Part shown: one piece after another, positions 8,839 to 17,449 of the stretch
How positions within the stretch are numbered: position 1 is the first letter of the stretch
How the letters are laid out: every line of letters starts with the position of its first letter
From: an uncultured Eubacteriales bacterium
Lineage (GTDB): Bacteria; Bacillota; Clostridia; Christensenellales; UBA1242
Direction of reading: 5' to 3'
Assembly: GCA_900321185.1 (NCBI GenBank)
Contig: ONVD01000017.1
Coordinates: forward strand, 1,681-25,680
Length of the DNA: 24,000 nucleotides
The notes under the pieces: model-generated
Databases searched by the model: none
What the model saw: the letters and a program-made list of their open reading frames with translations, nothing else
What the model was told of the DNA's origin: nothing
Position numbers and translations under genes: made by a program

Positions 8839-10018
8839 CAATTTAATTAGTGTATCTCAGTTTAATAAATACGTGCATGATATCTTTTTGGCAGAGGAAA
8901 TTTTACAAAACGTTGAGATTTATGGTGAAGTATCTGGTATCAAAATATCTAATGCAAATGCTTATTTTAGCATAAAAGATGATGATGCGTTGCTATCTTG
9001 TGTAAAATTTGGTGTCAGTGCGTCAGATTATGTACCTAAAGAAGGCGAAATGGTGATAGTACGTGGTTCGCCAAATTATTATGTAAAGGGTGGCAGATTT
9101 AGTTTTAATGTATCCAAAATAAGCCCTTATGGACAAGGTTTACTCTATCAACAATTTATAGAGATGAAGAACAGACTAGAAAAAATGGGATATTTTGATA
9201 CAGCACGCAAAAAGCCTTTACCACAAGTGATTCGTCGTGTAGGTGTTGTTTCTAGTGATACAGGGGCAGTCATTCACGATATTATGGATATTACCCGTAG
9301 ACGTAATAGAATGCTGGATATTGTGTTATATCCTGCTAAAGTCCAAGGTATAGGAGCAGAAGATACTATAGTTGCGGGTATACGTGCTTTAGATAAATCT
9401 AACATAGATGTGATAATAGTAGCACGCGGCGGTGGTTCATTGGAGGATTTGAGTCCATTTAATACCGAAAAAGTTGCCACTGCGATTTTTGAAGCAAAAA
9501 AACCAATTATTAGTGCGGTTGGACACGAAACAGATTTTACTATAGCAGATTTTGTCGCGGACGTGCGTGCCCCAACGCCAAGTGCGGCGGCAGAACTTGT
9601 AAGTAGCGATATAGCATCGGTAACTTCGCAGTTATCGACATATGTACAGCGTTTACAAAGACTAACTGGCGATTGGTTAACTAATGCGTACAATTTGGTA
9701 GATGACGGCTTTAATGATATGCAAAGTTTAGTTTTGGGCTTAGTATCCAAACAGGCACAAAATGTCCAAAGTTGTGCCACAAAATTTTCGAGGTTGTCGC
9801 TATCCAAGTTTAATGAGATAAGTAACAATTTTGACAAGCTTACTGTTCGTTTGGAAGCGCACAATCCTATACAAATATTACGCAATGGTTATGCATATGT
9901 AATGCACAAGGACAAAACATTGACAGACGCAAAAAACGTAAATATCGGTGATGATGTAACGGTATCCCTTCACAAAGGTAAATTATATTGTGAAGTAAAA
10001 TCTAAAGTAGAGGAGTAA
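8831..10018 (+). CDS. xseA: Exodeoxyribonuclease VII large subunit
   Basis: ISVSQFNKYVHDIFLAEEILQNVEIYGEVSG, VVSSDTGAVIHDI, ARGGGSLEDLSPFN, AVGHETDFTIADFVADVRAPTPSAAAEL. Confidence 0.96.
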   Translation: MNNNLISVSQFNKYVHDIFLAEEILQNVEIYGEVSGIKISNANAYFSIKDDDALLSCVKFGVSASDYVPKEGEMVIVRGSPNYYVKGGRFSFNVSKISPYGQGLLYQQFIEMKNRLEKMGYFDTARKKPLPQVIRRVGVVSSDTGAVIHDIMDITRRRNRMLDIVLYPAKVQGIGAEDTIVAGIRALDKSNIDVIIVARGGGSLEDLSPFNTEKVATAIFEAKKPIISAVGHETDFTIADFVADVRAPTPSAAAELVSSDIASVTSQLSTYVQRLQRLTGDWLTNAYNLVDDGFNDMQSLVLGLVSKQAQNVQSCATKFSRLSLSKFNEISNNFDKLTVRLEAHNPIQILRNGYAYVMHKDKTLTDAKNVNIGDDVTVSLHKGKLYCEVKSKVEE

Positions 10019-10022
10019 TATT

Positions 10023-10229
10023 ATGACTTTTGAAGAACAAGTTAAAAGACTAGGTGAGATTGTAGAGCAACTTGAAAATGGTCAACCTACACTTGATGAA
10101 CTAAATAAATTGTTTGCTGAAGGTGTTGAATTAACTAAAAATTGTTATAAAGCACTCAACGAAACAAAGGGCAAAGTGACAGTTTTGCAAGAAGAGATTA
10201 ACGGATTAGTTGAAAAGCCTTTTAACTAA
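10023..10229 (+). CDS. xseB: Exodeoxyribonuclease VII small subunit
   Basis: MTFEEQVKRLGEIVEQLENGQPTLDELNKLFAEGVELTKNCYKAL. Confidence 0.94.
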   Translation: MTFEEQVKRLGEIVEQLENGQPTLDELNKLFAEGVELTKNCYKALNETKGKVTVLQEEINGLVEKPFN

Positions 10230-10270
10230 AATTGAGTGCTTTTATGACGATTTTATGAATATAATATAAT

Positions 10271-10891
10271 GTGAATAAAGAAAACAAAAATGATAACCAA
10301 ATAACAGAATTAGATAGGACAATACAAGCACTAAAAGTAAAGAAAAAAGTTCCATTTAAAAAAATGCGTTTGTGGTACTTTGAGGTATTCGTTTTATCTT
10401 TGTTATTATGTGCTTTTTTTGGAGTTATCTCCGAACTCATGCTTTCGCATACAAATATATTTTTGGCAGTGGTTCTGATATTATGTTTGGTCGCTGTCAG
10501 TGTTTTATTTGATATGATTGGCGTGGCGGTTACCGCGAGTGACATAAAACCATTTTTATCTAAAGCATATAATAATGACAAAAGTGTTGCGTTGGCTGTA
10601 GAGTTAATCAAGAATGCGGACCGAGTGAATTCTATTTGTGCTGATGTTGTTGGGGATGTGTGTAGCATACTTAGTGGCGCTAGTGGAGCGACTATATGTG
10701 TGATAATTATCACCAATAATCCTGGTATTAGTAGTTTTGTGGTTTCTATTATACTTAGTAGTTTGATAGCCAGTATTAATGTATTAGGTAAGGCTTTAGG
10801 CAAAACATATGCTATGACAAACTCACATAGTATCGTGCTAAAAGTTAGCAAAATCTTAGGTTTTTTCGTTAGGAAGAAAGTTAAAAAATAA
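10271..10891 (+). CDS. DUF21/CNNM-like integral membrane protein, hypothetical
   Basis: 206 aa, about 4 TM; FDMIGVAVTASDIKPFLSKAYNNDKSVALAVELIKNADRVNSICADVVGDVCSILSGASG resembles the transmembrane half of CNNM/CorC-type proteins; no CBS domains. GTG start uncertain. Confidence 0.55.
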   Translation: MNKENKNDNQITELDRTIQALKVKKKVPFKKMRLWYFEVFVLSLLLCAFFGVISELMLSHTNIFLAVVLILCLVAVSVLFDMIGVAVTASDIKPFLSKAYNNDKSVALAVELIKNADRVNSICADVVGDVCSILSGASGATICVIIITNNPGISSFVVSIILSSLIASINVLGKALGKTYAMTNSHSIVLKVSKILGFFVRKKVKK

Positions 10892-11005
10892 TTAAATTGC
10901 ATAAAAATTCAAAAAATTAATGTATAATTAAACATTTGCCCTTTTTATGGTTTTTCCAAATGAATAATTATGCAAAAAAATTTTGTATAATTATTCATAA
11001 ATGAC

Positions 11006-11034
11006 TTGCATAATTATAAATTTTGTTGTATACT
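11006..11034 (+). promoter_or_regulatory. argR promoter overlapped by ArgR operator-like sites
   Basis: TTGCAT-17 bp-TATACT with ARG-box-like TGCATAATTATAAA (11007-11020) over the -35. Confidence 0.65.
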
Positions 11035-11078
11035 TGTTTAAGTTATCTTGGTAACTAGTATACAATGGAGGAACCTAA

Positions 11079-11537
11079 ATGGCAAGAAATGTTAGGCAGT
11101 CAAAAATTATCAGTATCATTAGCAATGCCGAAATAGAAACCCAAGAAGAATTGGTGAATGCTCTACGGGCAGATGGTTTTGATGTAACACAAGCCACCAT
11201 CTCTAGAGACATTAAAGAATTGGGGCTTATTAAGATTGTTGGCAAAGTAAAAAAGTACAAATATGCTTTTATTGATACGGATGAAAAAGTTGGGACAAAT
11301 AAGGCTACGGGGTTATTTAAACAAGCGGTTCTATCTGTTAAAGCAGTCAACAATTTTATTGTATTAAAGACCGTCAAAGGTACGGCGCAAATGGTATCCT
11401 CATTTTTAGATAAACTGGCAATAGCGAATATGATGGGATGTGTGTTTGGTGAAGATACAGTAATGGCCATCTTTGAGGACGCTACAAACCTAGATTCTGT
11501 TGTGTATAGAATTAATGAAGTATTGACTGGTAGTTAA
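11079..11537 (+). CDS. argR: Arginine repressor ArgR/AhrC
   Basis: SKIISIISNAEIETQEELVNALRADGFDVTQATISRDIKELGLIKI; C-terminal GTVKGTAQMVSSFLDKLAIANMMGCVFGEDTVMAIF; ggagg RBS. Confidence 0.95.
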   Translation: MARNVRQSKIISIISNAEIETQEELVNALRADGFDVTQATISRDIKELGLIKIVGKVKKYKYAFIDTDEKVGTNKATGLFKQAVLSVKAVNNFIVLKTVKGTAQMVSSFLDKLAIANMMGCVFGEDTVMAIFEDATNLDSVVYRINEVLTGS

Positions 11538-11561
11538 TACTTTTTTATTATACTCAAAGGC

Positions 11562-11590
11562 TTGACTTTTGACCTACTATAATATAAAAT
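11562..11590 (+). promoter_or_regulatory. Putative sigma-A promoter for rny
   Basis: TTGACT-17 bp-TAAAAT. Confidence 0.5.
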
Positions 11591-11633
11591 TTTATGTGTA
11601 TGTTTACACAATTTTATTATGAGGAGCAATACA

Positions 11634-13235
11634 ATGGTAGACTTTAATATTATTGGATTGCTTGGCGTTAGTATAGAAGTGCTTCCTCTCGTTTTGATTA
11701 TATTGTTATGCATTATTGTAGGAGCGGGAGTTGGCATACTGATATATAGAATGATTGTCATCAAGAAAGTGAACAAAGCTAGGATGACAGCAAATAATAT
11801 AATAGAAGAGGCAAATCGAAATGCCAAGTCAATCCAAAAAGAAGCGATGTTAAGCGCTCAAGAAGAGGTGCTTAAACTCAAAAATGACACGGAGGCCGAA
11901 TTAAAGGTTAGACGTGCCGAAATGGATAAAATGAATGATAGATTTTTACAGCGCGAAGAATTTATCAACAGAAAAGAACAATCTTTGGAAAAACGTAGTG
12001 ATAATCTAGATGAGTTTAAGCAATCTCTAGATGAGAGAGATAAAAACTTAAAACGTAAAACAGAAGAGATTGAGCAAAAACAAAAAGATATAATACACGA
12101 ATTAGAAAAAGTAGCTAATATGTCGCAAAAAGACGCAAAAGCACAATTAATAACACAAGTTACAGATGAAGCAAAACTCGAAGCGACGACGACATTAAAA
12201 GCTATTGAACAACAAACCAAAGATGATGCAAAAAAAATAGCAACAGATATTATTACTCAAGCAATACAACAATACTCAGCAGATGTGACAAGTGAGTCAA
12301 CTGTATCAACTGTAACATTGCCAAATGATGATATGAAAGGTCGACTCATTGGTCGAGAAGGTCGCAATATCAAAGCCATAGAAAATGCTACTGGTGTGGA
12401 CCTAATCATAGATGATACTCCAGAGGCAATTGTGCTGTCATGTTTTGACCCTATTCGCAGAGAAGTGGCAAGAATAGCAATTCAAAAATTAATGCAAGAC
12501 GGACGTATTCACCCCGCACGTATTGAGGAAACTGTTAAAAAAGTCGAAAAAGATATTGAGCAAGAAATAAAAGAAGCTGGCGAAAACACAGTAATGGAGT
12601 TGGGCATAAATAATCTACATCCCGAACTTATCAAAACCTTGGGTCGTCTAAAATATCGTACAAGCTATGGGCAAAACGTTTTAAAACACAGTGAGGAAGT
12701 TGCAAGTATAGCCAGTAAAATGGCTGTAGAATTAGGGCTTGATGAACAAGTTGCAAAACGCGGTGGTTTGTTGCATGACATTGGTAAAGCTTTGGATTTT
12801 CAGCAAGAAGGAACTCATGTATCTATAGGGGTAGAACTTGCTAAAAAATACAAAGAGAACGAAAAAGTTGTTAACTGTATTGAGGCACATCATGGAGACG
12901 TTGAGTTTCGTTGCCCTGAAGCTGTTTTGGTACAAGCGGCGGATGTTATATCTAGTGCAAGACCTGGTGCAAGACGTGAATCATTAGACAATTATGTAAA
13001 ACGTCTAGAAAAAATTGAATCCATTTGTAATAGCTTTAAGGGAGTGGAAAAGTCTTACGCAATTCAAGCTGGACGCGAAGTACGTATTATTGTTCGTCCT
13101 GAACAAATAACAGATGCTCAATCACTAGTTTTAGCACACGACATTGCACAAAAAATTCAAAATGAAATGGAGTATCCTGGTCAAATCAAAGTCAATGTCA
13201 TTAGAGAATATCGTGCAACAGATTATGCAAAATAA
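11634..13235 (+). CDS. rny: Ribonuclease Y
   Basis: N-terminal TM, long coiled coil, KH domain (LPNDDMKGRLIGREGRNIKAIENATGVDLIIDDTP), HD domain (GGLLHDIGKALD, EAHHGDVEF). ATG 11634 is preceded by gaggag, so the 11619 ATG is probably not used. Confidence 0.96.
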   Translation: MVDFNIIGLLGVSIEVLPLVLIILLCIIVGAGVGILIYRMIVIKKVNKARMTANNIIEEANRNAKSIQKEAMLSAQEEVLKLKNDTEAELKVRRAEMDKMNDRFLQREEFINRKEQSLEKRSDNLDEFKQSLDERDKNLKRKTEEIEQKQKDIIHELEKVANMSQKDAKAQLITQVTDEAKLEATTTLKAIEQQTKDDAKKIATDIITQAIQQYSADVTSESTVSTVTLPNDDMKGRLIGREGRNIKAIENATGVDLIIDDTPEAIVLSCFDPIRREVARIAIQKLMQDGRIHPARIEETVKKVEKDIEQEIKEAGENTVMELGINNLHPELIKTLGRLKYRTSYGQNVLKHSEEVASIASKMAVELGLDEQVAKRGGLLHDIGKALDFQQEGTHVSIGVELAKKYKENEKVVNCIEAHHGDVEFRCPEAVLVQAADVISSARPGARRESLDNYVKRLEKIESICNSFKGVEKSYAIQAGREVRIIVRPEQITDAQSLVLAHDIAQKIQNEMEYPGQIKVNVIREYRATDYAK

Positions 13236-13370
13236 ACAAAAAACTCAAAATTAAAATACTAATCGAATTGATGTTATTTGTGAATATCTTAAATTTTTTC
13301 ATTTTTAATGTTTTAAAAATATATTAACAAATAATGTTACTTTTTAATAATTTTAGAATATACTATAATT

Positions 13371-13497
13371 GATGTGGGCGAGGCTTTTACCGTGTTAAAG
13401 CTGATGACCACCGCATCCTTGACCGTTTAAGTCTTGAACTCATGTAGTATGTTATGCATACTAGCAGATGACTACAAATTGTAGTCATCTTTATTTT
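13371..13497 (+). ncRNA. Candidate small structured RNA of unknown family, ending in an intrinsic terminator
   Basis: TATAAT at 13364-13369; nested stems GATGTGG/CCGCATC (13371-13377/13411-13417) and GGCTTTtAC/GTtAAAGCT (13382-13390/13394-13402); hairpins GTTTAA/TTGAAC (13425-13430/13434-13439) and TAGTATG/CATACTA (13445-13451/13457-13463); terminator AGATGACTAC/GTAGTCATCT (13466-13475/13481-13490) + T run. No matching ORF. Confidence 0.55.
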
Positions 13498-13500
13498 TTT
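13466..13500 (+). terminator. Strong intrinsic terminator of the candidate ncRNA
   Basis: AGATGACTAC-aaatt-GTAGTCATCT-ttaTTTTTTT. Confidence 0.85.
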
Positions 13501-13705
13501 ATTGCCTTTTTGCTCTGGCATTTTATAGTGGAAAGCGCTGTTCTGTTGATTTGCTTTTTACAAAGTAATCATTTTTAGAGGCACTACGCACCTTTATTAT
13601 TTATGTGTACGTATAGGTTGATGTTTCATCGCTTAATATTGATGTATAATTTGTATTTATAAGGAGAATTGATAAAATTATACGGAGATTTTCTTTTTAG
13701 ATTTT

Positions 13706-13729
13706 GACACCATTTTTGACACCATTTTT
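13706..13729. repeat. Two tandem copies of 12-bp GACACCATTTTT
   Basis: 13706-13717 and 13718-13729 identical. Confidence 0.9.
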
Positions 13730-13744
13730 AGGTAAAAAACAATA

Positions 13745-13787
13745 AAAAAGAGGTTTTTAGGAAAAACCTAAAACCTCGAAAAGCCCT
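13745..13787 (-). terminator. Intrinsic terminator downstream of tRNA-Trp
   Basis: On - strand GAGGTTTTAGG...CCTAAAAACCTC followed by T-rich run. Confidence 0.75.
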
Positions 13788-13805
13788 ATTTTGTAGGCAT
13801 TTTGA

Positions 13806-13879
13806 TGGCAGGGGAGCAGAGAATCGAACTCTGACCAATGGTTTTGGAGACCACTACTCTACCGTTAAGCCACTCCCCT
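13806..13879 (-). tRNA. tRNA-Trp (anticodon CCA), CCA end encoded
   Basis: - strand AGGGGAG-TG-GCTTAACGGTAGAGT-A-GTGGT-CTCCAAA-ACCAT-TGGT-CAGAG-TTCGATT-CTCTG-CTCCCCT-G-CCA folds as a cloverleaf. Confidence 0.95.
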
Positions 13880-13901
13880 AAGTAATAAATATAACATATA
13901 T

Positions 13902-13930
13902 ATTATATAAAAAAAACTGATTTAAGTCAA
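13902..13930 (-). promoter_or_regulatory. Sigma-A promoter for tRNA-Trp
   Basis: - strand TTGACT (13930-13925), 17 bp spacer, TATAAT (13907-13902). Confidence 0.75.
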
Positions 13931-13996
13931 TAGAATAGACTAAAATGTTTGCAAATTTTAACACTTTTGATATAATTGTACTCTAAGGAGTTGGTT

Positions 13997-14464
13997 ATGA
14001 AAAACGTTATTATATACACTGATGGTGCCTGTAGTTTTAATCCAGGCCCTGGAGGGTGGGGTGCTGTTTTAATGTATGGTGACAAACAAAAACAAATTTC
14101 AGGTTTTAAAGAAAATACAACTAACAATCAAATGGAGATGACAGCAGTGATTAATGCATTAAACCTCTTAAAAGAGCCTTGCGTTGTAGATTTGTATAGT
14201 GATAGTGCATATGTAGTAAATGCGTTTTTACAAAACTGGGTAGAGGATTGGCAAAAACATAATTGGCGTACCAGCGGTAAAAAAGAAGTTAAAAATATAC
14301 CATTATGGAAAGAGTTGTTAGCATTGTGTAACATCCACAAAATCACTTGGCATAAGGTAAAGGGACATGCAGACAATGAATATAATAATCTATGTGACAA
14401 ATTAGCGCGTGGGGAAGTGGATAAATACCTAGCGACACATCCCCAAAACTCACAAATTGACTAA
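13997..14464 (+). CDS. rnhA: Ribonuclease HI
   Basis: IIYTDGACSFNPGPGGWGAVLMYGD, NQMEMTAVINAL, DLYSDSAYVVNAF, VKGHADNEYNNLCDKLARGEV; ATG 13997 preceded by aaggag. Confidence 0.94.
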   Translation: MKNVIIYTDGACSFNPGPGGWGAVLMYGDKQKQISGFKENTTNNQMEMTAVINALNLLKEPCVVDLYSDSAYVVNAFLQNWVEDWQKHNWRTSGKKEVKNIPLWKELLALCNIHKITWHKVKGHADNEYNNLCDKLARGEVDKYLATHPQNSQID

Positions 14465-14590
14465 AAGGTTTAATTACTATTAACATTAAACTCTAATACT
14501 TTAATGTCTCTAGATATTAAGTTTGATATTTAAATTATATTACATGCTACAAGTAACTATTTACTTTTTTTAAATACAATGTTATTAAAT

Positions 14591-14620
14591 AAAAAATCAC
14601 TAGATAGCTAGTAATTTTTT
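14591..14620. terminator. Bidirectional terminator between rnhA and the ABC permease
   Basis: AAAAAATcACTAG-atag-CTAGTaATTTTTT, T tracts on both strands. Confidence 0.75.
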
Positions 14621-16467
14621 TATTGTCTAATATCTCGATTTTTAAATGTCAGATGAGTTACTAACTCTAGTAGCACAATAACAATAAGAGTATAAAGTGC
14701 ACTATAGACTAAATTTGTGTTGTGCATAAGTGGTACTGATAAAGATGGTGTAAATAGTGATGTTTGGTCGATAAATGTTCCACCAAAGTATCTGAACAAA
14801 TCAAAATTACCTACAGGTAAAAATCCTATCCACATAGTGTTGCCAAACATAAAGTTTAAGGTCATTGCACATACATATATTCCTAAAGACAAGGCAATAG
14901 CAGTATTATGATGTCTAAATATAGTAGAAACAGCAACAGCAATTAATGTAAACACATAAATTTGCAATATGAGCAAGGCAATATATATAAGCATATACCA
15001 AATAGGTGACATTTGTATTACCCAAGTAGCATCTAATGTAAACACAATCGGGGTTAAATCTACACCAAACAAAATACTTCCACCAGCAAACATCAATACG
15101 GCACATAATAACAACCATAAAGTACCAAATAACAATGTTGCTAAAATTTTGGAGGAAATAATCTTGTTACGACTAAAAGGTTTCGAAACAAGTCCTGCTA
15201 AAGTACCATTAGTTTGTTCGCCAGCAATCATACCAGCACCATATATCAGGACAAAAATAATTATGACTATGCTACAAATTTGTAGACCATAAAAAGTAAA
15301 GTCAAAAGCTGAGATGTCATTTCCAGAAGACATTATGGTGGAGAGTGCATTACTATAATCTGTTAAAGATAGTTTAGAAGGATTAGTTAACAAGTGCTCA
15401 TTGATAATGAGTTGTTCTCTGATTTTATAAAGATACAAACTATCGTCTTGTGTCTTACTTTTGTCTACAAGGGCGTTCTGCAAAAGCTCAGAATAATTGT
15501 TAACCAAATTATTAATCGCAATGTCATTACTGCTAGAGAACAAAAGAGACATTATCTTATTGTTAACGTATGCTTGTATTTCAGCACCAATAATATGATA
15601 TTTGCTTGCTTGTTCTTTGGCTTCTTGAGGTGTGAAATTAGGATTTGTGACATCTCTTTGGAGTTGTTCATTTAATGAAGATAAGTAAGTTGTTGCACCA
15701 TTGACAACTTTTTGCATATCTTTTAAATCATCATCCGAAATCTTGTCCACTGCGTCTTGCATTTTGTTTATATATCTCTCAAGACTATTTAATTCTTTTT
15801 GATTTTCAAAGTGTCTGATTATATTAAAATATGTTGTATAACTTGTTGCTTCGCCAAGTACCATAAGAGTGCCATTTTCGTCCTTAGGTTGGAGGATAGT
15901 AAGTATATCAGTTAACAAAGCATTAAATTTTGTATTGTCATCTGAGGTCACCAAAACAATGGGAATGGAATAATTTAGGATTGTATCGTACGTGGTTTGT
16001 AATGATGTTACATAACCAATAAGGTCTTTGATATACTGTGCACTTATCTTGGCGGATGTTGTATCAAAATTAGATATTCCTACCGAAATAGTTGATTTTA
16101 ATTGGTTGTATGTATTTTGAATATGTGCTACCAAGGTTTTTAAGTCTGTGACACTCTTGATTGTAGAGGTTTGTGAAGATTTTAAAATTTGATAAAAAGC
16201 TATTTTTTGTTCTGCTTCTGTAATTAATTTGTCTGTATTGTACTTGCCATAACTCTCACTAGTAGTATTAAACTCAGTTACGACCGCTTGATTAGTTGTC
16301 AATGAACTTTTATTATAAAAATTTAGTTTTTGCTCTCTATCAGGGGTTTGGAATGATAAAAACGAAAATAGAATAGCAACAAATAATAAAGCCATAAACA
16401 AATAAGTGATTGGGCGGAGCAAGATTTTATACAATTCGCTATTTATCAAACGTGACAATTTTGTCAT
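14620..16467 (-). CDS. ABC-2 type transporter permease with large extracytoplasmic domain
   Basis: N-terminal TM, long coiled-coil-rich loop, then 5-6 TMs (IVIIIFVLIYGAGMIAGEQTNGTLAGLVSKPFSRNKIISSKILATLLFG). Start placed at MTKLSRL because GAGGAG lies upstream of it. Confidence 0.85.
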   Translation of the reverse strand: MTKLSRLINSELYKILLRPITYLFMALLFVAILFSFLSFQTPDREQKLNFYNKSSLTTNQAVVTEFNTTSESYGKYNTDKLITEAEQKIAFYQILKSSQTSTIKSVTDLKTLVAHIQNTYNQLKSTISVGISNFDTTSAKISAQYIKDLIGYVTSLQTTYDTILNYSIPIVLVTSDDNTKFNALLTDILTILQPKDENGTLMVLGEATSYTTYFNIIRHFENQKELNSLERYINKMQDAVDKISDDDLKDMQKVVNGATTYLSSLNEQLQRDVTNPNFTPQEAKEQASKYHIIGAEIQAYVNNKIMSLLFSSSNDIAINNLVNNYSELLQNALVDKSKTQDDSLYLYKIREQLIINEHLLTNPSKLSLTDYSNALSTIMSSGNDISAFDFTFYGLQICSIVIIIFVLIYGAGMIAGEQTNGTLAGLVSKPFSRNKIISSKILATLLFGTLWLLLCAVLMFAGGSILFGVDLTPIVFTLDATWVIQMSPIWYMLIYIALLILQIYVFTLIAVAVSTIFRHHNTAIALSLGIYVCAMTLNFMFGNTMWIGFLPVGNFDLFRYFGGTFIDQTSLFTPSLSVPLMHNTNLVYSALYTLIVIVLLELVTHLTFKNRDIRQ

Positions 16468-16498
16468 TGTAACTTTTCTCCTCATTTTTTACAACATA

Positions 16499-17425
16499 TT
16501 AAAAGGGTTTTGGTCTTGATTTTAAAATTTCCAAATATATATCATCTAGCGATTTTGATTCTGTTTTGATATCATAAATCCGTATATCACGTGCCTTTAA
16601 TGAATCTACAACTAAGGGTAAAATGTTTTTGTCGTATGGTATCAAGATTGAATTACCAGCAACTTCAACAGGAATAGAGTATCTTAAATGAATCGTTTTT
16701 GCAGAATAATTAGGGTAGTTGAGAGTAATACGATATCTAGTATTAGCATCAACTTCTTGTTTTAGTTTATTCATAGTCCTTGTTTCGATGATAGAACCAT
16801 TATCAAAAAAGGCAACTGTATCACAAAAGTCCTCCAAGAGAGAGAGGTTGTTACTAGTTATTAAAAATGCAGTCTTGTTTTTGATAGCTAATGAGCGTAA
16901 TATTTGTATATATTTGCCCACCATATCTTCATCAAGATTTTTGATAGGTTCATCCAAAACAACGAGTTTAGGTTGATTAATAAGTGCTTGCGCTAATGCA
17001 AGTTGTTGAATCATTGTTGGGGAAAATTTTGAAACAAGTTCGTTGGCATAATTTTGCAAACCAACAGTATTTAGTACATCTATTATACGTTGTTTGGGTA
17101 TATTAGAATACAGCTTAGCAGTATTTGTTAAATTTTGCATAGCAGTCATGTATTTGTACATGTTTACATTATCCAAACAGCAAGACATTGTTTCAATGGC
17201 TTGTTCAAAATTACTCTCTAGAGATATACCATTAATGACAACATCACCATCGGTAGGCTTAGCAAGCCCTGCAATAATACGTATTAACGTTGATTTACCT
17301 GATTTTTTGGGGCCAACAATACCAAATATTTCGCCAGAAAAAACGCTAAAATTTACGTTCCTTAGTAGATACTCAGTTCCGTATGTTTTTGACACATTTC
17401 TGACTTCCAAAACGTGTTCCAACAT
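16499..17425 (-). CDS. ABC transporter ATP-binding protein (ABC-2/BcrA-like)
   Basis: Walker A GPKKSGKSTLIR, Walker B LVVLDEPIKNLDED, ALAQALINQPK; the signature motif is atypical (SPTMIQQLAL); RBS GGGAGG. Confidence 0.9.
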   Translation of the reverse strand: MLEHVLEVRNVSKTYGTEYLLRNVNFSVFSGEIFGIVGPKKSGKSTLIRIIAGLAKPTDGDVVINGISLESNFEQAIETMSCCLDNVNMYKYMTAMQNLTNTAKLYSNIPKQRIIDVLNTVGLQNYANELVSKFSPTMIQQLALAQALINQPKLVVLDEPIKNLDEDMVGKYIQILRSLAIKNKTAFLITSNNLSLLEDFCDTVAFFDNGSIIETRTMNKLKQEVDANTRYRITLNYPNYSAKTIHLRYSIPVEVAGNSILIPYDKNILPLVVDSLKARDIRIYDIKTESKSLDDIYLEILKSRPKPF

Positions 17426-17449
17426 ATTTACCTCCCAAACTTAAAAATT

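Noticed and set aside
9274-9885. 203-aa minus-strand ORF
   Set aside because: Lies wholly inside xseA, whose protein is clearly conserved; shadow ORF.
10222-10902. 226-aa minus-strand ORF
   Set aside because: Almost exactly antisense to the plausible membrane protein at 10271-10891, no RBS or recognisable domain; the sense frame matches operon direction.
11619-11633. Upstream ATG of the rny ORF
   Set aside because: It overlaps the gaggag ribosome-binding site of the ATG at 11634, which is the better start.
11534-12935. Minus-strand ORFs opposite rny
   Set aside because: Antisense of the RNase Y coiled coil and catalytic regions; Cys/Ser/Phe-rich artefact translations.
13371-13420. CTGATGA in the candidate RNA as a hammerhead ribozyme core
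   Set aside because: The required GAAA segment and the three-stem arrangement are not present.
13371-13497. T-box or metabolite riboswitch controlling a downstream gene
   Set aside because: No T-box sequence or other familiar aptamer core, and the next gene (tRNA-Trp) is on the opposite strand, with rnhA having its own promoter beyond it.
13806-13879. Opal suppressor / code reassignment via the tRNA-Trp
   Set aside because: Anticodon is CCA (reads UGG) and the genes here are consistent with the standard code.
14717-15675. Several plus- and minus-strand ORFs of 64-107 aa
   Set aside because: All overlap the strongly supported ABC permease on the minus strand (or are shadows of it) and lack motifs.
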